DNA of 59,206 nucleotides, the filler included, from Sphacelaria rigidula (lineage: Eukaryota): the NCBI GenBank assembly GCA_964200075.2. It is 6 parts of 6 records of this genome, joined end to end, with 100 filler letters (N's around TTAATTAATTAA, not from the genome) between each part and the next. Parts side by side here need not be neighbours in the genome. Positions count along the whole stretch, not along the records: positions 9,886 to 19,670 come from CAXNAA020007770.1; positions 19,771 to 29,555 come from CAXNAA020007771.1; 4 more parts are not named here. One strand, written 5' to 3'. The notes beneath the pieces are model-generated. The model was not told where the DNA came from. It did not search any database and worked only from the letters and a program-made list of their open reading frames with translations. A program made the position numbers and the translations under genes. The first letter of the stretch is position 1, and each line of letters begins with the position of its first letter. Shown one piece after another: positions 12,530-25,035 of this stretch.

Positions 12530-12775
12530 GCAAGCTCCTCACTGGATCCCAGCTTCTGGCCAACACACCCGACCATGGAGCGGCTGTGGGTATACTCCCT
12601 GCTGACGGGAAACGTGCAGGACATGCACTGGGCTGACTCCGACATGGTATTCGCCACGGCGGATGGCGAAATTAACGAAGAGATCGTCAGCACGTACGGG
12701 GACACCTGCGTAGGACACAGGGGCTCCGACGTGTTCCCCTTCGGAATTTTGGAGAATGACACGAATGGCTTCAAG
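12530..12775 (+). CDS. Tyrosinase-like (type-3 di-copper) protein, penultimate exon with the CuB motif
   Basis: CCCACAG| acceptor and AAG|GTGAGC donor, 82 codons, phase 0-0. ASSSLDPSFWPTHPTMERLW aligns with the tyrosinase CuB signature DPxFxxHHxxxDRLW and keeps the ligand His. Confidence 0.82.
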
Positions 12776-13318
12776 GTGAGCGGCCAAAATCGTCGGTTGG
12801 TTCGGGTCGGGTCGGATCGATCCCTCATAACATTGAATTCACGACTTCGAGCTTTCTCGCAGTGGTGTTCCATCGCCACCCGTAAGTGAAAAAATATGCC
12901 GTTTTTTCCGGCCCCCTCGTTCCTGGAAACGTTTCTCGTCTGTTTCACTGTTAACCCGTGGAGAAGGGTCGGTCAGAAACAGTGGAGATGAAGATTCTCT
13001 CGGCAACGTTTCCCGAAGTTCAGTATCGTTCAATCTTGGGTCTAAACCTTGATCGACAAGTCGGGCCACCTTCTCTTTTTATTGTCCCATTTTGGAAAGC
13101 CCGGTGAAGGTGAGATCAAGTCTAGCTAACTTGGCCTGGGCCCACCGCGGTTATTTGTTTGAAATCCGGTGTAGATATGGAAAAACGGGGGCTTAACCTT
13201 CCATAACGCCACGTTAACCGGAACCGATTGTTTATGGTTGATGATATTTTTTCCAAAACGACGAGAGCCGGTGAAGTTTGGACATCTGGTGCACAAATCG
13301 AATCGCCCAGACAAGGCA

Positions 13319-13666
13319 GGTCGCCCCGGTGGCTCAGTCGGTAACCTCGAAACCTTCTGACGGTTGGGTCGTGGGTTCGAATCTCGGAGCGATCTGGGAT
13401 CTTTCCTCACACAATTCTCAACAGTGGAGAGCGACTATATTGTGGGTACACAAAATTTGCCCCAATGATCGACGAGGGAAGAGGACTGCTGAACCCTTTT
13501 AGCGATAAAAAATAAAGGCAAGCACCGCAGAAGAAAGCGAAGAACTAAGACAAACGAAAGAGAAAAAACCTCCTGCGTTGGCCTGCCTCCTGTGTGATCC
13601 TGGCTGGTGGCCCATATATACCGAAAGATGTAGACCGGCGTCCAGAATAGATGGGACAACAACACA
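13319..13666 (+). mobile_element. tRNA-derived SINE in the tyrosinase intron
   Basis: A box TGGCTCAGTCGG and B box GGTTCGAATCT, followed by a body of about 270 bp and a CAA/CA-rich tail. Homologous copy at 26940 and 3' fragment at 18013. Confidence 0.8.
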
Positions 13667-14376
13667 TCAGCTTCTTCATCTTCGTTTTTTTCAAAATACA
13701 TGAAGCATAACGACACCCGGCCGAATGGAACTGAAAAAAACCACAGATGATGTGTGAAGATCGATTAGGGGTTGATGACCCCGTATACCTGGGATGTCTT
13801 CATCGGATGGTGTTTTCCGAGGGAGGAATGTTCAGCTATAGCGCCGGGGCTGACAGTAAACTGTTCCGAAACTTGATTCCGCTCGAAGTGTTGAGATTCG
13901 TGGTATTTTGTATCTTTTGCAAACCCTCCCCACCCCCGCGAAGTGGATTGGTATCCCTACTCCACGTACAATGATGTAGGTTACTCTGAGTGTAAAAAAA
14001 TGTAAAGTCTACTCGAATGGCGTTGTCTTGGAATGTTGATAAAATTGGCTCACGAGGAACGCTCTTCATCATGGCATGATTCCAACAGGCGAGTATGCCC
14101 CTCTCCTCCTCCCTCCCTCCGGTTCCTGATTCGAAGAAGAAAGAACAGACTATCCGTTGTCCATGTCGAGCAAGCCGGAGGTACGGGGGAAGATTTTTCT
14201 CTACCGAGCGTGTGAACATCTACACCGCTGTGAAAACGTTGAAGGGTATTGTATATTTGACGGGGGGTTTTTGCGGCACCCCCTCCCTTCTACGGTGCTC
14301 CGTCTCGAAAGGGATGCGTGGTCACTGAACAAACGGCTAGGGCAAGCAACAAATGCATACCCCCCACCCCCCTCTA

Positions 14377-14755
14377 GCCTGGTCCGGCAAAAACCCGGCG
14401 TGCTCCGTCCCGGCTTTGTAGGGGCGGACCCCCGATGGGATTGGCGTCGGTTGGCGGTGAAGCTATAAAACACGCCACTCACTGCGGAAGCTAGGCAACC
14501 AAGTTACCTTTTTTTTGCGCGGTTGCATTTTTTTTGCGATAACCATGATAGTGGTGGAGCTAGATCATGTTGTGCGCGTAGGAGAACTTCAACTCCGCAC
14601 AATGGGGATGATCGTTCGGGCCGAACAATCTCAGCAGGATGCAGGTCACCCTTCATACGGCTCGTGGAACACGCCACGGCGCTTCGCGCTTGATGGTTTG
14701 AGTGCAAGCCTGGTCTGGCGAAAACCCGGCGTGCTCCGTCCCGGCTTTGTAGGGA
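14377..14755. repeat. Pair of direct repeats, about 48 bp
   Basis: GCCTGGTC(C/T)GGC(A/G)AAAACCCGGCGTGCTCCGTCCCGGCTTTGTAGGG at about 14377 and 14708. Confidence 0.7.
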
Positions 14756-15689
14756 TGCATTACCATGAGTACCCCCCTCCACCCCCATTAATGAATATTT
14801 GTTGCTGAAGCCCAAGGGTTTTTGAATGTCAGTCCCTTTGAATGTGAGCGGTGGTCCATTTGTCTCTTCGAAGAGGAATGAAGACGATGCTAATTTACGC
14901 TCGTAGTCGAGGGGTCAAGACACCTGAGCATACCCGCGATGATATTTATAGATTGTAATTTATATGACTACTGGCGTTGTCTGCAACCCTGCCATGCACT
15001 CTACAAAGTCATGTTGAACGTACACGTTCTGTCTCGGAGGCTCGTAGTCGCCGCATTACGCCATTTCTGTGATTTGCGGATTGAGGTGGGCGATGTATTT
15101 GTTCATCTCTTCTATCCCGCCACTAGTTACGGCGTTTAGATGGTTCGATTGGTATCTGAAGTCGTGCTACGGTTCACCATGCTTGAGCACTCCATCCAGT
15201 GATGTACAATCCCTTGAGGTTATGGAAGAACGCAGGTAGCTCAGCGTAATTGGCTCGACTAGCTAGGATATGCATATCTCGACGCACTGGACTGAAGCAA
15301 AATTCCAAGCTCCCAAAATAGCAGAGAGAACTCCACCAGACTACTTGGCTGTGTGAGGTGTCTGAAGTGAAACAAGGATTAGCTTCGCAGCTCATTATTA
15401 TAAGAGTGTCGTGCGTGGTATTGTGCGAAAAAAGTTTTTTCGAAGTGAAGCCAATCCAAAACGCCTCCTCCCCATGTTACGTTCCACTCACTGCTGACTG
15501 TCGTAAGGAAACGTCAAATTCACAGCCAACGGTATTTATGGGTTGCCATCAACCGAAAGCACATTTGTTGCGCTGTACTGTATCCTCTTTTTGATATAGG
15601 TTAGTTGTCAGTCGCCAAAAGGTTAGCCTGACATCTGAGAGCCTTCCCACCCGCCCCCCACCCTAAACGAAATTCGATGGCGACTACAG

Positions 15690-16118
15690 GTCCGAACCGG
15701 AATCAGGGATAACGGTGAGGACGGCGGCAATGAGCTCAATAATCGGGAGGTGCTAGGGGCCTTGGACCCCCGCGAAGATAAACTCCCGTACATCTACGAC
15801 AATTTCAAGTGGACACACTGCGCCCACGACGGTTACGACCTAGGAGATGCCTGGGGACCCTGGACCGTCGCGAAAACCTCCCGCTCCGCGGCGCTTCACC
15901 AAAAGATGGAGAGGAAGAGCGGGAGCGCAGGGATAGAGAGGGCGGCAGTCAAGGAAGGTCAGGCGAGAGCGTTGGGGGTGGAAGCTCGGGCGAATGGTGC
16001 TGGCGTCGGTGGTCATTGGGGTAGGTTTGGAGAGGGGAGTCGTGGATACCCTAAATACAAGAAGTCGAGGATGATGAAGAAGGAGCAGGCGAGGCAGCAG
16101 CGGGGACGGGCCGACTGA
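15690..16118 (+). CDS. Tyrosinase-like protein, terminal exon
   Basis: CTACAG| acceptor, phase 0 and compatible with the previous exon. Reads VRTGIRDNGEDGGNELNNREVLGALDPREDKLPYIYDNFKWTHC...RGRAD-stop. LPYIYD corresponds to the YxY motif after the tyrosinase core. Confidence 0.78.
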   Translation, partial: VRTGIRDNGEDGGNELNNREVLGALDPREDKLPYIYDNFKWTHCAHDGYDLGDAWGPWTVAKTSRSAALHQKMERKSGSAGIERAAVKEGQARALGVEARANGAGVGGHWGRFGEGSRGYPKYKKSRMMKKEQARQQRGRAD

Positions 16119-16569
16119 TGAAGTGCTTGGGGGCTTGGGAAAGGTCTGACCTTGGCGCGCGGAGGGGGAGGGGGGGGCAAGGATTGTCGGATGAAGTATT
16201 TAAATTACCCTGGCGATGGTAATATGTATCACGTGTGTGTGATGTGCTGGTTTGTGATTCGTGGGGTTGAGGCAGCCGCTGACCGGTGGTCTTCAGGGTA
16301 TGTTTGGAAAGGGGAGTCGTGGATACCCTAGACACAAAAGGTCGAGGGTGACAAAGGGGGAGCAGGCGAGGCAGCAGCGGGGACGGGCCCACTGATGAAA
16401 TGCTCGGGGGCTTGGGAAAGGTCTGACCTTGTCGCGCGGAGCGGGAGGGGAGGGGGGTGGAGGAAGGATTGTCGGATGAAGTATTTAAATTACCCTGGCG
16501 ATGGTAATGTGTATCACGTGTGAGTGATGTGTTGGTTTGTGATTCGTGGGGTTGAGGGAGCCGTTGGCC
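16007..16569 (+). repeat. Tandem duplication, unit about 277 bp x2, spanning the tyrosinase stop codon and proximal 3'UTR
   Basis: Units start at 16007 and 16284 and share GGGGAGTCGTGGATACCCTA, GAGCAGGCGAGGCAGCAGCGGGGACGGGCC and GGATTGTCGGATGAAGTATTTAAATTACCCTGGCGATGGTAAT. Confidence 0.9.
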
Positions 16570-18012
16570 TTCCCACCTCTCATCTAATCTCTGCGAGATT
16601 TTCTTCACCTGGTTTGTGTGTACCCGTTGTGACCTCACATCTTCTTGTGTACTTGGGTTGTACTGGCTGCATAGTAAAGCAGGGTGTGATTTGACAGCGT
16701 TTTTTCAAACTCCAACACCGGCCTCCCTCCTTTATGCCTGTTTCTAGGTGTGAATTGACGTCGATCTCGAGTGGCTCAGGGAGGATGTCCGCGGTTTGTG
16801 ATAATGAAATGCCGCAAGGCAAACGGTGCCTTCTTGATGAATGCATCTGTGGTCTGTCCTGGACAAGTGTTTTCATCACACGCCACACCGGACTGTTTTC
16901 TACGTTCATATCAAACATCCACATGTTCGTGGAAAACGTGTTGTATGACGAGAAGAGAATGATCATGATCCCCAAATGTGTCAAAGTCCATCTCAGTCCA
17001 TCTGCGAGGGGGTTGCTGTACAAGGGTTGAAAGTCGTTAGCTGTACGAGTGTTGGTCGGAAACGATATCTTTGTTGAATTAACACAGGGGGTGCCACGGC
17101 ATGAGAGAAAGGAGGCCAATTCGACCTCTTGAACATATTTTGTATCGTTTTGACCGTAGTCTACTTGCAAACCGAGTGTTGGGTTCGCCACAAAATCTCT
17201 CTTGAAAGAATACGTAGTCTGTGTGTGGAATGAGGAGATCTGGGAGGTACGCTTGTGTCGTGGCGCCTCATCAAACGTTTGACATAGCGTACTCAATTCT
17301 GATTTCACAAAGTGAATTTGGTTTCTGCTGCGGGTAAAACTTCGACGCACCGTTTTTCTGCGACTCCATTTTTGTGACTCATTACTGCGAGTCGATTTTT
17401 GCCGCATTTGTTTTGCGACATTTTCCCACTCGCAAACCCCCATGGATTTCGCTTTGGGGGGGGAAAACTTCGTCAAACAGAAACCAAACGCATCTCACTC
17501 CAAGGGGCACTTGGACACACAGCAGTTGCTGCCGCCTACCTAGCATCATCCTTCAAATCGAACTCTTGAGTGAGAACGCCCAGCGTTTGGTGCCCACGTA
17601 CAAGGATGATCTACATCCAGTATCATGCTCCAAAACGTACCCGACAAGGAGGCAACATCCCCGTACCGACAGTAACAATGCTAGCGGATCCTACGTCCTG
17701 ACAATCTGGCAGCCGGCACGGTGATTATAGTGGAGTCCTTCTAGCGATATCAACTTACAGTGCACTGGAGAAGACTCTGTAGGTGAATATCTCAGCGATT
17801 GCCTCACCTGCAGTCCGTCCAGATGTTCCTGATTTTCGCACAATATCACCGAATAACATCACAAATATCAACATGTGGAAATGTACCAGACCCTCTGTTA
17901 CATTATAAGTGGAGATGTACGAGACCCTGCATCATGGATGGAAATGTACCCAACCGTGGACAGATTTCTGCAGTCAGTACAATCGCGTTGTTGAAAGTGT
18001 TCTGCTCAGTCA

Positions 18013-18090
18013 GTGTGTTGTGTGTGTTGTCGTCCCATCTATTCCGGACGCCGATCTCCACCTTTCGGTACATGTGGGCGCACCAGCCGC
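18013..18090 (-). mobile_element. 5'-truncated SINE/LINE tail
   Basis: Reverse complement matches the SINE 3' end (GGCGTCC.GAATAGATGGGAC.ACAACACA). Confidence 0.65.
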
Positions 18091-19670
18091 GGCCGTGTTC
18101 CCAGATCCCTTCAATTACAGCGCCGGAGCCGGCGATATTGTGCGTGACGAGGGGTGAAATCCTGCGTTCATGATGTGTCGAACTTTATGAGACAACGCGA
18201 AATCAATGCAGGACAGGTAAAGGCAAAGAATGTCACGTCCTGCGGTGCGCTTTGTCACCATGCACCCTGCCGCTGTGCAGTGAGCAGGTGGTACCGCCGA
18301 ACCTGCCACGCTGCGGTTGGTAGGCAATGTCGAACACAGCAGGAAGCAGCATATTTTTTGTTCTGTATATAGATCTTTGTACTGAGACCGATACGCGCAC
18401 ACACAGCAAATACTATCGCCATTATCCATCGATCAGGGGGGTACCCCCCCCCCCCCCAAAAAGGGTACCCAGGAGTCCCCCCCTTCCCCCCCACGGCCCC
18501 AGAATAAGGTTTGGGTGACCTGGAGGATGGTGGTGCCGTTATTTCCCCATATGGGGCTCCTCGGCCCCACGTGCAGCTGCTTGACGCTTGATACTGTCTC
18601 CTGTCTGCCCGAGAAACAGCAGATTGCAACTCATAGTCTATGGCATACCGGAAAGCAAGCCGTGCACGTGTACTTCAAAACAGGAATAGTGCTGGCTTGG
18701 ACTGGTGCGGGACGACCTGGCGGGAATTTGCCGGGAACGGTCCGCGTCTCAGCGCCGGCTTGCTGCGGGCCCTTGCGAATGTAGGGCGACGGCGATAACA
18801 CGAACACGATTTATGCTTCAAAACAACTTTAAACAGCCTGGATTCGTTTGTGAGGTTCAACATTCGGGTGAGGTTCAACGGACCATCGGAATTCCATTTG
18901 CTTTGTCCAAAAGGCTCGGGATTCGCAACTGCTTTCGACCATGTAACCCTAACGCAGAAGTTTCCGCACGGCAGCGAAAGCATGATGACGAGCAGTCCAA
19001 CAGAAAAGCCACCGTCATTCATTGTGCGGCATCTTTCTTTCAGTAGGACCCGCGTCTAAGCGCTACGGAACACGTAACAAAGCATGCTGAAGACATACTT
19101 CTATGGACTAGTCATCGAGTTTTCGAGCGCCTCTCGTTGAGTATCTGAGAGAGACTTCATACTGTTGCGCCGGCGACGACCGCCGTCAGCGAAACGATCC
19201 AATGCGGCGACAGACGCCAGCGATCTTTGAAACGCAGCATCATTCAGCAGTCTGCTGAGATATACCATCGCCAGAGTACAGCATCACTACAGTGCAGTGG
19301 TCAGTTGGGTCAAATGGGTGCTCCACAATAAAGCTGCAGACACACACAACGGGGGTAAGGGTTAGCCCCACGCCTGGGGTTGTTTCGCCAGTAGTGCCCA
19401 TGCGAGGCGCTTCATCCAGTCTGAACCAGCTATCACGCCTCATATGACCACTTCCACCGTGGCTGTGTTGGAAACCGGTTCCGCGTTGAAGTTGTCGAAC
19501 AATACTACTGTTGTTGTAGTGCAACGCGCTTGCGAAATTGGAGCCGATTCGTTTCATTCAGAACCCGCATCAGCTGTAGTTTGAATATCCCTTCTCACGG
19601 TCCCAAACGGGATCTGATGCAGCGACGGAAAGCGCTGGCACCCTCTCCCTCAGATGGGACTCGTGACAAC

Positions 19671-19770
19671 NNNNNNNNNNNNNNNNNNNNNNNNNNNNNN
19701 NNNNNNNNNNNNNNTTAATTAATTAANNNNNNNNNNNNNNNNNNNNNNNNNNNNNNNNNNNNNNNNNNNN
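19671..19770. other. Artificial contig linker
   Basis: N44-TTAATTAATTAA-N44. Confidence 0.98.
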
Positions 19771-22700
19771 TAGGGTAATTAGGTATTTGTGTGGAACTTA
19801 GTGGGGGATGCTTAGCAGGGTGATAAGTTGGAATGCGTCCCGCGCGACAGCGTTTCAGCATGCCATATTCTTTCTCCCTACAGTACCAAATTTTGAAGTC
19901 TAAGGCCGTGTCTTATCAAATAGTTCTTGACTCGAAAACGTACGGTGGAATCAAATTTGCTCGTACGTACCTGATACGTCCACGGCATTCATGTTCTCAA
20001 CCATCTCAGAAAATTAGTGGCGTGGACGAATCAGAAACGAGCGAATTCGATTCGACCGCACGTTTTCGACACCAAAACAATTTGGTGAGACACGGTCGAA
20101 AAATTTCTATCAAAATTTCCCATCAGAAAACGCGTTTTCTGATAGAGTTTTTTCGATACATAAGAAGTAGCCTAACTCGCAAAATTGAGGTGAGACGGGG
20201 TGAGTAAACCACAAATTCGCGTCTTGGCCGGCCCAGCCTGTAGAAGAAACTGCCGTATTTCTCTGGACTTGACCGTCTCTGGACAAAAATGCTTATTTGG
20301 CGAACATAACAACTGTGCGGCCACCGGCAAACGCGAAGATGTCCTGGAACCACCTCAACGAGTGGAGCAAATAATTCCAAGGTATCGACCTTCGCCTACT
20401 GTAGCTCTCTTTCAGGGAGTGTGACATGACGAAAAAGGACAAAAAAAAACATTTTTACAGGATTTTTTGTTTGCGACCTCGTGCAAGGGGTACGAGGAGA
20501 GGCCTGAGAGATCGTCATAACAACACACGTGATGAGTAATAAGTGACGTGGACAAAAACGCCGACCTGACTTCTCCTTTCCCGCCGCACTTCGATCGAAA
20601 AAGATCCGCCTGGGTATGAACATTACCGCACTATCCCTGCTCCTGTGTACCGCGAGTCTCACTGAGAGTAAGAAATCACGAGATCTATCGCTCAGGAGAC
20701 AAGATATCGATGAATGAACGAAGGAGGCCGGGTAAAGGGATTTCACCTATATAGTGACGGATCATCAGGTATCTGGCTTGTCGCGCCACGATCAATTGCC
20801 CGTGTTGCCGAAGAATGAATCCTGAAGCTCCACGTACTATCCCTATAATAGTGCCCCTCTACTTGTTTCGACTACAAACGGTACAATCTCGTCGATATAC
20901 ACTATGCATCCGGACGTATCGCATCGTGTGTCAAGTGTCAAGCGAGGAAGAGGTGCCGATAAGCGACGCTGAGCAGCAGGATCATGCGAGGCTTTAGTCG
21001 CAGAGAAGTTATCGCGTAATCAGGCATACCAAACAGATGCTGCATGGTGAAATATTCGCCTGTGTGTTGTTGTAAAATAGAACATAGCGGCTCATCAAAA
21101 GGCCCGATATGTCCCTGAAAAACGACACGTAACTAAAGTAAGTGCCGGACCCCTCCCTAGTTTAGTTTGGGCATATCTGACCCCAAACTCGCGAGTGAAT
21201 CCTAGCTGACCTGGAGCAATTGATGACGAAGGGACGTGGTACTCTGGAAAGACCACTACACGTGCAACGCAGCACACACAGCACCATATGTTGCAGCTAC
21301 ACAATTGACAGTGGTATACAATAGACAGGCAGCAGCAGAATTGACAACAGCGGTGAAGACCGGCTGCACAGACAGACGGTAAAGATAGTACTGTCAATGG
21401 GAAGCATGCTTAAGGTGCCACCACTTACAGTACAAATGTACCCAAATCGCCCTGATTGATATCGAATTAGGACATGTGTCTTTTCAAGATCTTGTGCATC
21501 TCGCATGTACTAGTCTACACTGTACTACGAGTATCAGCAGCCAGTCGTACCATGTCGAAGCAGCAATATACAAAATGGTCATATCCCACATTCGCGATCT
21601 GTGCAAAAAAATCTCACATAGGCTTATTTGATTACTTGGACCGACCCTGACGCCGACCCAAGCGCCCTCCCTGTTGTTCTTGGCACGTGCTCCGTCGCTC
21701 AACAAGTGCGTATGCATAGGGGGCGTGCAACTCCTGATACTCCACATCCGTCCAGAAAAATATGATAGTGGCTATAGGTAACAGCGAGCACGATGACCTT
21801 TGCACATACGATGTTGGTGCCCTACAGCATGATCCAGTACAACAACAGCACTCACAGAGTACAGTATGTTCGACGTCGTGGTATTTTAGTGTACGGTCTG
21901 GACAGGTACACATATTTCCAACATGTGTATTCGGTCCCAAGTTTTGAATTTTTGTTGGAGCTTCGGAATGCTTCCGACTACATGCGACGAAAATACTTCC
22001 GATCTGAGTTAATGTTTTTTTCTATTGGTCAATTACTTCCGTTCCTCTTTTTCTATTCGTCCAAAATACCGAAACTCCGCTCGTGTTATCTATTGTTCCG
22101 ATACATTTTTTTAATTTTTTCTTCTTTTTCCTGTGATGTCTTCCCGCCTCGATCGGGCCGCCCCCCTCGCCTGACTCCGAGGTAGCGAACCCCTGCCTCC
22201 CCAGCGAACGCTCCCCACCGTACCCACTTCAGCCAAAGCAGCGCCCTGCCTGAGTTCTTCACCTCCTCAACTCTCATCCTTCATTTCCGTTGCTAGGAGG
22301 TCTCTTGCCTTGTGTTGCTCCTCGCAAACGCGAAGCACAGCCGTTTGTGATCGGGTGTTCTCTCAATCAAGTACCTTATCGGCTTCTTTTCCTTGCTGGG
22401 GGTATCCCGACGCTCGGCATATCCTACTGTACAACCCAGTATTTTCACCATTCCTCTCTCGTCAACATCACCGTCGCCATCTTGAGTGTGAGAGGAATCG
22501 GCCAAGCAAAGCGAGGAAATGGAGGTGCTACAGAGCAGCGTTCAGGTGAGGTGATTTGGATGTTGTCAAACTAGGATCACTGTCGTGGGGATCGTCTCTT
22601 GGGATCCCGAAATGTGTACTGTAGATGAATAAACAGCTTTGTCGCCTGTTCGTGCACGTGTCTGTGCAGACATGTGTTGTGTGTGCAGGACTGTTCACAC

Positions 22701-25035
22701 GTTCACACCACCTTGTCGTCTAATATTTGTGCATCCCAACTCAGCTCGCTCTCGTTGTGTCACACTCACAGCGTGTTTGTGATCCGGTACAGGGCAGTAC
22801 TGTGCGTTAGTACAAGATGCATCTGCTACTTTTCCTCTGACTGCGACGACTGTCTGTATGAAGCAAAGTAAAACTGCCGAGATGACTCAACCCGTCACTC
22901 AAAGTGCCCAAATGTAAAGCACGGTACCGACCAGTGCCAAACTGAAACGCTTGACTCATGGTGCTTGTGTACAGCGCGTATCGCAAAACTAGATCAGATC
23001 GAAGGGTTGGAAGGGTTCGTGTTTGAGGTTCGGCGTTTTTTGCTATGAACTACCCAAAATCGATGTAGAGGAGAACACCAAGACGCATTCGGGCGTTGGA
23101 TCGAGGGGGGAAGGACCCAGATGACCGCACAGACGAAACGGACCTTTCATCATCTGTTTTCTGTCTGTAGGGGTCTAATACCACGTTCCGTTTATTCCAA
23201 AAATGGGGTCGAGGCTTTGGTTGATCAACGGCACATGTCTGCACAGGAAAAAGGCAGACCTTGCTGTGACGCAAAGTGAAAACTTATGGCTTTGACAAGA
23301 TGTTATTTTTGCCGAGCGGGGTTGATTAGCTGTCTACTCTTTAGTCAGTACAGCTGTAGTGCAGTGGTGGCGTCCGGCGCGAATCGCTGGTGTTGTGACT
23401 GTTGGTGTCGGTGTCGCCTTATGCGTGAGGTCTCGTAAATGACCTTGCCCAGGCTGCTCTGTGCATTCTAACTCTAGGGTTGTCGCTGGCTGATCGCTGC
23501 TGCGGAGGTGACACCAGAAAAAATAGCGGACGGGAAGCGGGAATGTTTCGTTTTTCTTGTCGGATGAACGTTATTCGCGCATGCTCTGGATGGTCTCCAC
23601 CAAACATAACCTGTTCTAACCCCTCTTCCGTCAACCACCGCAGCATAACGGACAGGAGAAATCCAGCACCACTGTGCGTTACGCATTACTGTCTTTCACT
23701 AAACATCCTTGGCGGTCTTCGTTGAATTATTCCGTAAAGTTCTTCCCCGTTTGTAGGTACACCGCAAACGCGAAGACAGTCGTCCAAAAGGCCGGGGTCG
23801 TTCCGAAAACCACTTCAGGACAAATTTTTGTCGTTGTCTGTGACGGCGTTCGTTGTTCCCGTGTCCCGGGGTCCTTGCAAAATACTCGGAGTAGCAGATA
23901 TCGTGTACTGTTGGATCCACTGGTGGAGCAGCTGTCTTTGCCCGTCCAGCACACCCAAAATACAGTCATTACAGTCGGGCATGATCCTGATGCTGTCTTC
24001 GTACACCAACTCCAGAAGGCACACTTCTTCTGTTCTGTTCTTGGAAAGACGGAGAAGAAAGCGAAAGCGGAAGCACTCAGGCCCGGTGGCTCGACACCTG
24101 CGAATAAACGGAAGCTTTCCGGATGACTCTTCGTGTGGGGGCTTCCATATGAAGTACATGCGTATCCACGTAGAGCGCCATGGAAGGTTGACTAACTTTC
24201 TCTTCGGAACGACCCCGGTAGTGACTGTCACTGTCAACGCGATGGGAATACCCGTCGAAATCTTGCGGCCTCTCACCCTCCTCTGCACTAGCTCACAGAT
24301 GTGACTTGCACGGCCAACGCACTCACGGCTTGCATGTACTGGAGAGGTATGCACGAGATCCAGCACATGGGACCTAATAATAGTACACAGCAAGCAATTC
24401 TGTATGAGTATAATGAGGTACTCCTCGTTCAGGAACAATATTGTAAACCTCTCACACAACGTAGTTTGAACGCGTTGTTATTCTTTGGTCGTAATCTCTT
24501 CGGCCACCTGCGATTCTCACGTTCTCGGGACGAGACGAGTCCGGCGAGATGGAGGCTCAACACGCGTACCGCCCTCGCACTTTGACTTTTGCACACCCTG
24601 GGCGATATATGGTTGATGAATTCAATAGACGAGAAGTGTACTGCTTGAAGTATAAGTCTATTGTAACTGTTGCCGGCCGACACCAAGCATCCGATCAGCA
24701 CTTTGCCGCAGCCCATCCACTTCTGTCCTGCGGTCGCCACCTCGTAATACCGGAGTTACAGCAGCAATCCGATACGCCAGGCTGCAATACTTGCGGTGTG
24801 TGTGGTCTTGCAGGTAAGCGGCGTTGCGGCCTGGTACTTCCTTGCCGTTGTACCCGTACCGCACTCCCAGGTTGTCCTCACGAAGGGCAGAGGGTATCCA
24901 GACAAGCCTAGCTAGCTTCCTCGGTACGAGCGTACAGCGATAGCTCAGTGAATGATGCCGTTACCCGGAATCCGTCGACGAACGGCACATACCAGGGTTC
25001 TCCTGCATCACGAGGGGAATCTCGACTTTGAGCTA

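Noticed and set aside
13319..13395. tRNA gene
   Set aside because: Stems are imperfect and the head continues into a repeated body and tail, which fits a SINE.
1446..16118. Rab32/38 next to a tyrosinase, suggesting a melanosome-like gene cluster (Rab32/38 traffic tyrosinase in animals)
   Set aside because: The genes are on different contigs joined by an artificial linker in size order, so the adjacency is coincidental.
16580..17476. 298-aa minus-strand ORF
   Set aside because: No recognisable motifs; antisense to the probable tyrosinase 3'UTR region; likely a chance ORF.
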